Made by a program: the position numbers and the translations under genes. Shown one piece after another: positions 23,901 to 34,285 of a DNA stretch of 64,000 bases; position 1 is the first letter of the stretch; each line of letters opens with the position of its first letter. This DNA comes from Selaginella moellendorffii (taxonomy: Eukaryota; Plantae; Lycopodiophyta): the NCBI RefSeq assembly GCF_000143415.4, contig NW_003314396.1, positions 109,994 to 173,993 on the forward strand, written 5' to 3'. The notes beneath the pieces are model-generated. The model was not told the DNA's origin. It saw only the letters and a list, made by a program, of their open reading frames with translations, and made no database searches.

Positions 23901-26085
23901 TTGTTGGAATAGTAACAAGTACTATTATCTGCGACGATTTTTGCTGCCTCTTCTTGCTCTTTCTGCTCTTTGCGGCTCTTCTTTTTGGTGGGTGTAGTGT
24001 TCGAACCCGAGGCAATGGCATCACCGAGTAGCTTCTTTTTTGGAGCAGAAGAGTCGGACGTCGGCTTGAGCTTGACCACCCTTTTCTGCTTCGGGGTAGT
24101 TTCCAGATCGACCCCCTTCCCCTTCGCTTCGCGAACTGGAGGCACTCTCAACGGCTCAATGTTGGAATATAGTTTTTAAACATCGCCGTAGGTGAGGTCC
24201 GTGGATTCCATGTGATCTTCATAGACCCGTAGCGTCTTTGAAATTGTGGGCCTCCTGGACAACCTCTCCCTAGCTCCCTCTAGGAATTCCTCATAGCCGC
24301 TGCCCCCCTCCGGGAAGCTGCTAGGATGTGCAAAGTGGATCTTGAAGGCAGACGTTGTCTCTACCACAAGTGCCAGTCCATATTCTTGCATGGAACTGCA
24401 TGGAGTGTCTGTCACTTGGATGAGGATCCCCATGCATTCTTTTCTCCCACCATCTGTGTTGTACAGCCTCAGATCCTCGCCTTCCATCCCGAAAGTCCAA
24501 CTGGTGAGCTCCTCCCCCTTCTCTACATCCACATTGACAGTGGCTGGAAGAAGAATGCAATTCCTCGCCTGTTCCAAAATGCACAACAATTAGAGCTGAC
24601 AGATGAAAAGCTAGCAGCTGGAAATAACGTAAGGCCACACGCCATTCACCACTGCATCAGATGTCTTGAGGCTGCATCCTAAGATGGCATGAGGCTACAC
24701 GCCATCTGTAACCGGACTACACTCAAGAGCCCAATCGGTGCATGCCAATGTTGCTACTGAATGGCATGTGGCCTCATGCCATTTTCTACTTGGCCTAAAA
24801 GACTTACCATTTGAAGCCGAATGAAGGCGTGACAATCGAGGCCGGACTCGCTGGCGAATGTGCATTGTGTGTGCAGCGGATCGTAGCAGCAAGGCTACTC
24901 TGCCACTTACAGTTGGAGAGTGGCGCTGAAATCTCCCGGGACGCCAAGTGGGCTGCATGTGGGTGGCGGAGTGGGCGGCGGAGTTGGCGGCAAAGTTACA
25001 AACTGGGTGTGTCTTGAAGTGGACGCCGATGCACACGAGCGCGATGCGAGCGCGAGTGTGATGCAAGCGCGAGTGGACGCCGATGCACATGAGAAACCTG
25101 TAGAGAAGGTAGATGAGCGCGAATGTGAGCGTGATCGCGAGTGGGAGCGCGATGCGAGCGCGAGTGTGCGAGCGCGAGTACGAAGCAAAATGCAAAACCT
25201 AACCTCACACGCGCGAAATGTCACGACGGTTGGTAATCCCGCCACGTCATCATTCCTCGGACTTGGGCGCCACCATTAATTTCTGGATCGCCGCGCGCAT
25301 GCATGCACGTGAAATCCAAAAGAAATCCGCAACGTCATCATTCCTCGGACTGCATGCATGCGAAATCCAAAAGAAAGATCATGATTGGGATATCATTTAA
25401 TACCCTCGCTATATTTATACCATGCATGATTGGATATTCCAAAGCATCTTGTATTTCCAAAAATGCCAGATGTTCAGCCAAATAAATTGTCAGAGGATTT
25501 GATGTGACGTTCAAGCGTGTGGGCTCATGCAATTTTGATCCTAAAAAATGCACCAAAAAATGCTCGGCGTCATCTGGCGTTATCTCTTGAATGGCGTGGG
25601 GCCACATGCCATTTTCAGGGGCACATAGGAGTATATTCCTAGAATATTCTAATACGCACGAGATTGTTTTGAGTTTTTTGGAGATCCAACCGTTAGATCG
25701 CAACTAGATTTTATAGAATGGTATACAATGTCTTTCTTGATGACCCTGCAAAGAAGCATCTCGATCGGACACCACATGAGACCACACGAGCCTTACAATG
25801 TTTCAGGGGCATTTGCCATAGATCCGACCGTTATTTTGCTCCAAGATTTTACAGTTTGGTGTGCATTGACCTTTCCATTGACACTGCAAAGGGACATCAC
25901 AATCAGATGTGGGATCACAAGAAACTAACTTCACTAACTCTGGTTTCACCAAGATCTATGTAAGGAGTTCTGAAATGAAAGGACCCTCTCTATTGAAATG
26001 TGTTTATGGTCCTAGGGGCATTGTGACATATCAAAGGATTTTGCATCAAGTTCTGTATTTGCATGTTTATCAAGCTACTGAATTG

Positions 26086-26105
26086 CTAAACCCTAAACCC
26101 TAAAC
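26086..26105. repeat. Short plant telomere-type repeat (telo-box-like)
   Basis: CTAAACCCTAAACCCTAAAC. Confidence 0.6.
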
Positions 26106-26452
26106 ATGTGGCAAATGCTGCGTGAAGAAAGATGCCCTTTCTGGGCAAATGCTGTAAGAGGCAGATGCCGAGCAGATGTATCTCAGGCTAGCGAAGGGGA
26201 CAAACGAAAGCTAGCTATAAACATGACGGGATGCAAATAGATTACTAGGCTGGTCCTACGAAAATCAAAAACCATAATTGAAAACATTGAAAATGCAAAA
26301 AGAAAGGTTTATAATATTTTTGAATTTTAAGCAACCAAAGGAATGTAAGTAGGGCATGTGTTTGTAAGTTTAAAAATGCCTCAACCACTTAAATTCCCAA
26401 GTAAATAAAGCTGTTTCCATTTTTGGTACAGGTAAACTTTATAGCGTGTGGG

Positions 26453-27586
26453 TGTAAGGAACCGAATCCCCGAGATGTCGTTGGCTAAAGGATCCCCAAA
26501 AGCTTGACCGAAATGACAAAGAGTTCATCGGATGGGACCAAGTCGAGGATCGAGTCCAAGACCGACTCTAGGACCGAGTTCGAGATAGAGTCCGGAATCG
26601 AGTCTGAGACCGACTCGGGGACCGAGTTCGAGTCCGAGTTTAAGACCGAGTTCGAGACGGAGTCCGAGATCCGAAATCAGGGCCGAGACCGAGTCCGAGG
26701 TCGAGTCCGAGGTCGGGTCTGAGATCGAGTCCGAGACCGAATCCGAAGTCGGATCCGAAATCGGGTCCGAGATCGAGCCAGAGACTAAGTCCAAATACTA
26801 ATACGGGTCAAGGGGTGAAAGCCCAAAGCGTGCGTCTCCCAGGGGGGGGGGGCTGCAGGGGGTTCCAAAAGTATAGTAGGGATAGTGAGGTCCAGGAACC
26901 AGTTTTGAAGGGACTCTCCAGTTGGGCTTCCAAACCGACTTGAGGTTGAGACTGGGACCGAGGGGCCTTGGGTGGGAGTGAGCATGGACTTGGCTGGTGC
27001 CGGAGGGGCCATCCAAGGAAGTGCTCAAGAGCAGCTCCCACTCTCGAAAGGGAAACCGACTGCGGTGCTCCCAACTCAGGTGGAGTGGTGCCCCACTTGA
27101 GTACCTTGTGGCTCATTGGTCCTCGCCCTTCCGGGGGCTTGGGCCTTCCCTTCGGGATGGAAGAGGGGGGGTAGAGGTACCCATACCGGGCTGTTAGGCC
27201 ACGGTGTTTCGCCCCGACGTCCCGAAGTAAGTGCTGCACCCAAGGCTTGGGATTTAGAGGGTCCCATGATCAAGTCTTGTGGTACCAAGGGGTGTTAGGA
27301 ATCTGGAGGCTTGGTGTGCTTGGCTGCTTGTGCCTGCGGGGAGTGTAGCCGAACCTTAAGTCCAGTCTAACCCGGGGAGGGGGATTGGGAGAGATTTGGG
27401 AATCCGTAGATGGATGGCTAACACTCTGTTGCTCGTGCAGTGAGTAGCTGAAACCAAGTAGGACCAAGTAGGAGCTGGTACCATAGGCGAGAACCTTGGC
27501 GAGGGAACTTAGCACAAGCCAAGGCAGAGTTGGTCGGATAGACGAGGTGAGCTAGCAAATTGGAAAGGAAAAATTTGTGGCTTACA
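26453..27586 (+). repeat. 5' LTR, family A
   Basis: Direct repeat of 33130-34285, differing by scattered substitutions and an indel in the hexamer array. Confidence 0.97.
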
Positions 27587-27589
27587 ATT

Positions 27590-27602
27590 TGGTATCGGAG
27601 CC
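27590..27602 (+). promoter_or_regulatory. Primer binding site (tRNA-iMet)
   Basis: TGGTATCGGAGCC 3 nt after the LTR; one mismatch to the canonical TGGTATCAGAGCC. Confidence 0.9.
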
Positions 27603-30487
27603 TCTTCCTCAGTTCTAGCAAAGGATAGAGGCGGATTGCTGGGAGATGGCAAGGGCAGGACGTAAGCGAACCCAGGCGGAGACGGAACCCCCTCCAGAGC
27701 TAGAGCCTCCGGTCGAACAGGAGGCTATGGATGAGGAATCGTTGCATGAGGAGGACTCCAGTGAGGCAACTTCCAAACAGGAGTCCGGTGGTGAGGTTCG
27801 GTCGTCCAAGGCTCGATTGGACGTTCTAGAAGGACAATTGGCAGAGACCAATGCACTGCTAGAGACTCTCGTACGCAAGCTAAAGCGTGACGAGAAGCGG
27901 AAGAAAAAGCGAAAGACTGTGGATGCTAGTAGCGCAGAAGGTGCAGACCCTTCGGCAGGGACTGAGGCAAAACCAGACAAGGTCGAACAGACCGAAGTGG
28001 AATCAGTCCCTCAGGCAGTTCCCAAGTACAAACCGAAGCCCCCACCGGTCTTCAAGGGAGTGAACGACTATAAGGTGGTGGAGGATTGGTTTTACGATAT
28101 GGAGGACTACTTCCGAGCGTTGCGATTACCGAGCTCGGAGAAGGTCCCATGTGCAAAACCATACTTGGCAGATAATGCCAAGTCTTGGTGGAGAACAACG
28201 GAGGCCAACGAAGGACCGGTGGCCACTTGGGAAACGATGAAGGCGAGGATCCGCGCAACTTACGTTCCTCCGAATGCTACTCTGCACCTAAGAGACGAGT
28301 TGAGTAGGCTGAAGCAGACCGGAACCATTTAGGAGTATGTGAATGGGTTTATGGCAAAGAGGATACTTGTCACGGACATGGGGGATATGGATGCGTTCCA
28401 TGCCTTCATATCAGGTTTGCAAACCTGGGCTCGTGGCGAAGTAATGCGGTGGAACCCGACCAACTACAAGGAAGCGTTGGATGCGGCCATCAAGGTGCAT
28501 TTCAACGATAACCTGCGAAAGGGGAACACGACGGGGTCGGGATCCACGTTTAGCAAAGGGGCCAAACCAAGGGGAACGTTTAGCAGAGGGAAATTCAAGA
28601 GGAGTTTCTCTAAGAATGAGTCCTCGGGGTTCCGGAAAGGCAAATCCGGTGGCCAGTGAGCGAGTACATTTGGGAGTCAAGCGAAAAGAGACAAACCCAC
28701 GGATAAGAAGGTCAAGTCGTATAGCAGCGTGGGAAACAACGTATGCTACAACTGCGGTGAAGCAGGACACTTCTCGAGGGAATGTCCCTACCCGAAGAAG
28801 GCTAGAGCCAATATGGCCATCAAGTCGGGTGAAGTCCAAACGGAGGTATGTGATCCAGTCCCTAACTCAAAGTTACTCATTACACGAGCAACTTTGGTAG
28901 AGAGTCGTTCGCGACATCTACTAGCCCTCCGAGGGAAGCTCGGAGGTAGCTTTGTTAAAACCCTTATTGACACGGGTGCTTCGGATGATTTTGTGGCTGC
29001 AAACATAGTCTGGCAAGCCGGACTAACGGTGCAGTGGCTAGGCGAACCAAGGACTATAGAGTTTGTTCAAGGTAGCCAAAGCACCGATGAGGTACTTCGA
29101 CAAGCGAGAGTCGAAGTGGGGACTTGGAAGGTGGACATGGATTTCACCGTGTTGGACATGGCGGGATTTGACGTGATCTTCGGAATGGACTGGTTCAATC
29201 GATTCGTGGTAGCCCTGCATGGACAAGATAGAAACCTTGTGGTACTGGCGAATGCCCAAGGAAGAAGATCTAGGGTGGAGGCCCAAGATCTAAAGGTAGG
29301 GCAAAGCAAGGCCAAAGATTCCTGCTTAAACCTGGTGTCCACGAGAGGACAACTCACTAAAGGAACTAAGGCGGCCTTTTTGTGCTTACTCTCGGTGAAG
29401 AGTGACAAAAAGACAGGAATGGAAGAAGTACCTTTAGTGATCCAGCGGGTGTTGGACCAATTCCAGGATACCATGCCGGAGGAGCTACCGGCGGGGCTAC
29501 CCCCAGCACGACCGATAGAACATAAGATTGAGCTGGTCGAGGGTGTTGAGGCAGTGGTTCGTACCCCTTATCGTTTGAACGAAAAAGAACTCAAGGAGCT
29601 CAAGTGCCAACTAGAAGAGTTGGTGGACAAAGGGTATGTTAGGTTGAGCAAGTCGCCGTATGGGGCACCGGTGTTATTTGTGAAAAAGAAAGATGGATCT
29701 ATGCGCATGTGCATAGACTACCGGTTGCTCAACAAGTATACAAAGAATAACAATTACCCTTTGCCAAGGATTGAGGACCTGTTCGATAGGTTGGGAAAGG
29801 CAAAATACTTCTCGAGGATTGACCTAAGGTCAAGATACTACCAAATCAGGGTAGCCGAGGAAGATGTCGAGAAGACAACCTGTCGAACGAGGTATGGGAG
29901 ATTTGAGTTTTTGTTGATGCCCTTCGGGCTATGCAATGTGCCGGCAACGTTTTCGGCGCTAATGAACCACATCTTTGTACCCTATCTGGATCACTTCGTG
30001 GTCGTCTATATCGACGACATCCTGATCTATAGCGAGACTCTAGAGGAGCATGCCGAACACTTAGCGAAGGTGTTTGAGAAGCTAAGGGAACACAAACTAT
30101 ATGCTAAAGAGAGCAAATGTGACTTTGCTCAACAAGAGGTAAAGTTTCTCGGGCATGTGGTGGGCCAAGACGGGCTCAAGGTGGACCCGGAGAAGGTCCA
30201 AGCGATCCAGGAATGGGAGCGACCATCCAATGTACACGAGTTGAGGGCATTCCTGGGGCTATGCAACTACTATCGAAAGTTTATCAGACACTATTCGAGA
30301 GTAGCCCTGCCCTTAATGGACCAAACAGGAAAAGGGAAGATGGTGTGGACAGCGGAATGCGAGGCGGCATTCGTCCACCTCAAAGGGAAGTTGAGGAAGG
30401 CTCCCGTATTGGCATTACCAGACTTTGGTAAGGACTTTGAGGTAGAAACGGATGCTTCAAACTTTGCGTGACGTTAGGCCGTCCATC

Positions 30488-30837
30488 NNNNNNNNNNNNN
30501 NNNNNNNNNNNNNNNNNNNNNNNNNNNNNNNNNNNNNNNNNNNNNNNNNNNNNNNNNNNNNNNNNNNNNNNNNNNNNNNNNNNNNNNNNNNNNNNNNNNN
30601 NNNNNNNNNNNNNNNNNNNNNNNNNNNNNNNNNNNNNNNNNNNNNNNNNNNNNNNNNNNNNNNNNNNNNNNNNNNNNNNNNNNNNNNNNNNNNNNNNNNN
30701 NNNNNNNNNNNNNNNNNNNNNNNNNNNNNNNNNNNNNNNNNNNNNNNNNNNNNNNNNNNNNNNNNNNNNNNNNNNNNNNNNNNNNNNNNNNNNNNNNNNN
30801 NNNNNNNNNNNNNNNNNNNNNNNNNNNNNNNNNNNNN
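30488..30837. other. Assembly gap (350 N)
   Basis: Run of N. Confidence 1.
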
Positions 30838-31828
30838 AAGGCTCAACGGAAGTGGCCTACCCACGAGAAGGAATTGTTTGCGGTGGTCAAGGCGCTCAAG
30901 GAGTGGCGACACTACCTTGGGAGACACTTCAAGGTTTACACGGACAATGTGGCAACGAAACACTTCTTGTCACAGCCTGAACTAAGAGGGAAACAAGGTT
31001 GGTGGGCCATTGCCTTGGCTGAGTTTGATTGCGAGATTCTGTACAAGCCTGGGAAGAGCAACATCGTGGCGGATGCGCTAAGTCGAAAAGCGAGCTTGAG
31101 GTTGGCAATATCCAGCGCAACAGCAACCTTCTGGGACGATGTGCGGACAGCATATGAGAATGATGGTCTAGCACAAGAAGTGTTGCTGAGGAATCTAGAG
31201 GAGCGGGAAGCTCACCAGAGAGGTGAGCTGCCAAAGGAAGAGAAAACGGGCTATGCGGAACGCAACAGACTCATCTATTACAAGCAAACGAGGGTGTATG
31301 TTCCAGAAGGGGAACTAAGGAAGGTGGCCTTAGAAGAGTGTCATGACGGACCTCTTGCGGGACACGGCGGAATGCCCAAGACGATGGGCTTACTCAAAAG
31401 GAAGTACCATTGGCCAGATATGGCTAAGGACATCCAAGACTATGTAAAGACATGTCCAACATGTCAGCAGGTAAAAGCCGTGACTAAGGCTAGTGGGGGC
31501 TTGTTGCAAAGCATCCCAATTCCAGATCGCCCGTGGAAATGTCTTACGATGGACTTCATCATAAGACTCCCCCCAAGCGAGGGGTTTGATACGATATTTG
31601 TGGTGGTGGACCGATTTTCGAAAATGGCACACTTCATACCCACCACAACGGAGGTGGATGCGGAAGGTGTGGCAAAGCTGTTCTTCGAACAAGTGGTTCA
31701 AGTGCGGGGAAGACCGGAAGAGATCATCTCAAATCGAGATAAGATCTTCACCAGTAGGTTCTGGAGGACTCTCCTAGAACAGTATCGCACCAAGTTGAAA
31801 TTCAGCACAGCCTATCACCCACAGACAG

Positions 31829-31874
31829 GTATGGGGTATTAAGTCAAGTTGTTGGCACTAACACTTCTTGACAG
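31829..31874 (+). other. Putative intron 1 in integrase catalytic core (46 nt)
   Basis: CAG|GTATGG donor, branch-point-like CACTAAC, pyrimidine run, CAG acceptor; contains an in-frame TAA; splicing restores YHPQTDGQTERVN. Confidence 0.88.
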
Positions 31875-32292
31875 ACGGACAAACGGAAAGGGTGAATAGG
31901 CAGCTGGAGGATTATTTGCGATGCTATGTCTCGGGAGACCAGACCGATTGGGTAAGTCATTTGGGACTTGCGGAAATGTGTTATAACAACTCACCACATT
32001 CGAGTATCGGGGTGAGTCCATGGGAAGTCATCAATGGGCGAGCTATTGAAGGTCCTGTGGAACTCGGCGTGGCCGAGTATCATGGAGAGTTGCCCGCAGT
32101 GGAGGCATTCACGGCGGAAAGACTCAGCATTTGGAATCTAGTGAGGGATTCCTTGGAACGGGCTCAACAAAGGCAAACCAAATACGCGAACCAGAAGCGT
32201 CGGGAGGTAGAGTTCCAAGCTGGGGAGAAGGTGTGGCTAAACACCAAGAACCTCAGACTACCAAGCGGGATCAGCCGAAAGTTGACCCAAAG

Positions 32293-32344
32293 GTAAAGAT
32301 GCAAGTATTCCTGTAAATGAATTGATCTTGAGTTCCTTAAGCAG
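32293..32344 (+). other. Putative intron 2 before the integrase GPY motif (52 nt)
   Basis: AAG|GTAAAG donor, AT-rich body, GCAG acceptor; in-frame TAA; splicing restores SRKLTQRFAGPYEI. Confidence 0.88.
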
Positions 32345-33129
32345 GTTCGCGGGGCCTTACGAGATTGAGGCACGAATCGGTAAAGTGGCTTACCGACTCC
32401 GACTTCCTCGAGAGATGGGGAAGATGCACCCAGTGTTCCACATGAACTTACTCAAGCCGTACTTTGAGGATCCGCTTCGCAAGGACCAAGTGAGACCTTT
32501 ACCTGAGGTTATCCAAGGGGAAGAGGAATATGAAGTCGAGGCCATCCTCAATGCGCGCAAGAGCAAGCAACAAGGACGCGAGGTGAGAGAGTTCCATGTG
32601 AATTGGAAAGGATTTCCACACTGCGAAGCAACATGGGAACCGGAGGAGAACCTAGCGAACGCGCGAGATCTAGTGGAGGAATTTCTGCAAGGCAGAACTC
32701 TATGTACTTATGCAAAATTCAATTAAAAATATCAATTTGCAAAGTTGAGCAAGTGGCATATGTTGGGACCCGAAGGCGCGCCGAAGGTAAGCTAATTAGC
32801 ATGGGTTGGATAGGTCGACCAGGCATAGGGCACTACGCCCGACTCCCCGCGGGGATGTCGAATCCGTAGACGTATTCTATGGAGGTTGGGTTCGAGTCCC
32901 AACCCCCTAGTAAAGCAAGGCTGGGTTCAAGTCCCAACCCCATACTAGGGCGTGGTGAGGTGAGGAGTATAGGGACACCTATATTCTGTTGTCATGGGCT
33001 CTTGGCCGGGGAGGCTAACTTAGGCACACCGCTAAGTGGGGGGATGCCCCCAGAGACATGGTCAACAAGTCGTAGGATAAAATGAGACGTTCGATGTGGG
33101 CATCGAACTTCTTCTATGGGTGGTGGAGT

Positions 33130-34285
33130 TGTAAGGAACCGACTCCCCGAGATGTCGTAGGCTAAAGGATCCCCAAAAGCTTGACCAAAATGACAAAGAG
33201 TTCATCGGATGGGACCAAGTCGAGGATCGAGTCCAAGACCGACTCTAGGACCGAGTTCGAGATAGAGTCCGGAATCGAGTCCGAGACCGACTCGGGGAAC
33301 GAGTTCGAGTCCGAGTTTGAGACCGAGTTCGAGACGGAGTCCGAGATCCGAAATCAGGGCCGAGACCGAGTCCGAGGTCGAGTCCAAGGTCGGGTCCGAG
33401 ATCGGGTCCGAGATCGAGTCCGAGATTGAGTCCGAGACCGAATCCGAAGTCGGATCCGAAATCGGGTCCGAGATCGAGCCAGAGACTAAGTCCAAATACT
33501 AATACGGGTCAAGGGGTGAAAGCCCAAAGCGTGCGTCTCCCAGGGGGGGGGGGCTGCAGGGGGTTCCAAAAGTATAGTAGGGATAGTGAGGTCCAGGAAC
33601 CAGTTTTGAAGGGACTCTCCAGTTGGGCTTCCAAACCGACTTGAGGTTGAGACTGGGACCGAGGGGCCTTGGGTGGGAGTGAGCATGGACTTGGCTGGTG
33701 CCGGAGGGGCCATCCAAGGAAGTGCTCAAGAGCAGCTCCCACTCTCGAAGGAAACCGACTGCGGTGCTCCCGGCTCAGGTGGAGTGGTGCCCCACTTGAG
33801 TACCTTGTGGCTCATTGGTCCTCGCCCTTCCGGGGGCTTGGGCCTTCCCTTCGGGATGGAAGAGGGGGGGTAGAGGTACCCATACCGGGCTGTTAGGCCA
33901 CGGTGTTTCGCCCCGACGTCCCGAAGTAAGTGCTGCACCCAAGGCTTGGGATTTAGAGGGTCCCATGATCAAGTCTTGTGGTACCAAGGGGTGTTAGGAA
34001 TCTGGAGGCTTGGTGTGCTTGGCTGCTTGTGTCTGCGGGGAGTGTAGCCGAACCTTAAGTCCAGTCTAACCCGGGGAGGGGGATTGGGAGAGATTTGGGA
34101 ATCCGTAGATGGATGGCTAACACTCCGTTGCTCGTGCAGTGAGTAGCTGAAACCAAGTAGGACCAAGTAGGAGCTGGTACCATAGGCGAGAACCTTGGCG
34201 AGGGAACTTAGCACAAGCCAAGGCAGAGTTGGTCGGATAGACGAGGTGAGCTAGCAAATTGGAAAGGAAAAATTTGTGGCTTACA
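33130..34285 (+). repeat. 3' LTR, family A
   Basis: TG...CA ends, preceded by PPT-like GGGTGGTGGAG, followed by the TSD. Confidence 0.97.

Larger units (their letters stand above)
19206..24810 (-). pseudogene. Multi-exon cargo gene: ParB/Srx-like + degenerate amino-methyltransferase-like + acidic/low-complexity linker + FCP1-like HAD phosphatase
   Basis: ATG at 24810-24808 is followed directly by a GTAAGT donor. GT-AG introns at 24569-24807, 23336-23389, 21963-22012, 21820-21875, 21699-21747 and 21508-21554 join successive ORFs in frame. In-frame stops at 24176-24178 and 20402-20404; apparent frameshifts near 22775 and 20091. Exon structure at 20700-20970 is unresolved. Confidence 0.7.
27646..32726 (+). 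pseudogene. gag-pol polyprotein (Gag, CCHC knuckle, aspartic protease, RT, RNase H, integrase, chromodomain); gag and pol in one frame; two premature stops; two introns
   Basis: [31 protein letters not shown]...ADALSR, HHCC, GPY, chromodomain. ORFs at 27646, 28339 and 28729 share one frame, separated by TAG 28330-28332 and TGA 28657-28659. Assembly gap lies in RNase H. Confidence 0.93.
26453..34285 (+). mobile_element. Full-length Ty3/gypsy chromovirus LTR retrotransposon (family A), TSD GTGGG
   Basis: LTRs 26453-27586 and 33130-34285 (TGTAAG...CTTACA); GTGGG at 26448-26452 and 34286-34290; PBS; gag-PR-RT-RH-INT-chromodomain order. Confidence 0.97.

Noticed and set aside
26812-26830. Hammerhead ribozyme (retrozyme) in the LTRs
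   Set aside because: A GAAA hairpin is present but I found no CTGANGA core in a suitable position.
30452-30985. ORFs spanning N runs (also 59996-60233)
   Set aside because: Artefacts of assembly gaps.
31829-32344. Simple frameshift mutations or ribosomal frameshifting as the cause of the broken integrase
   Set aside because: Each break carries 46-52 extra nt bounded by GT...AG whose exact removal restores conserved motifs; a frameshift would not add sequence.
32850-32945. tRNA gene or tRNA-derived SINE
   Set aside because: Only T-arm-like hairpins are present; I could not find a D arm, anticodon arm, acceptor pairing or A-box.
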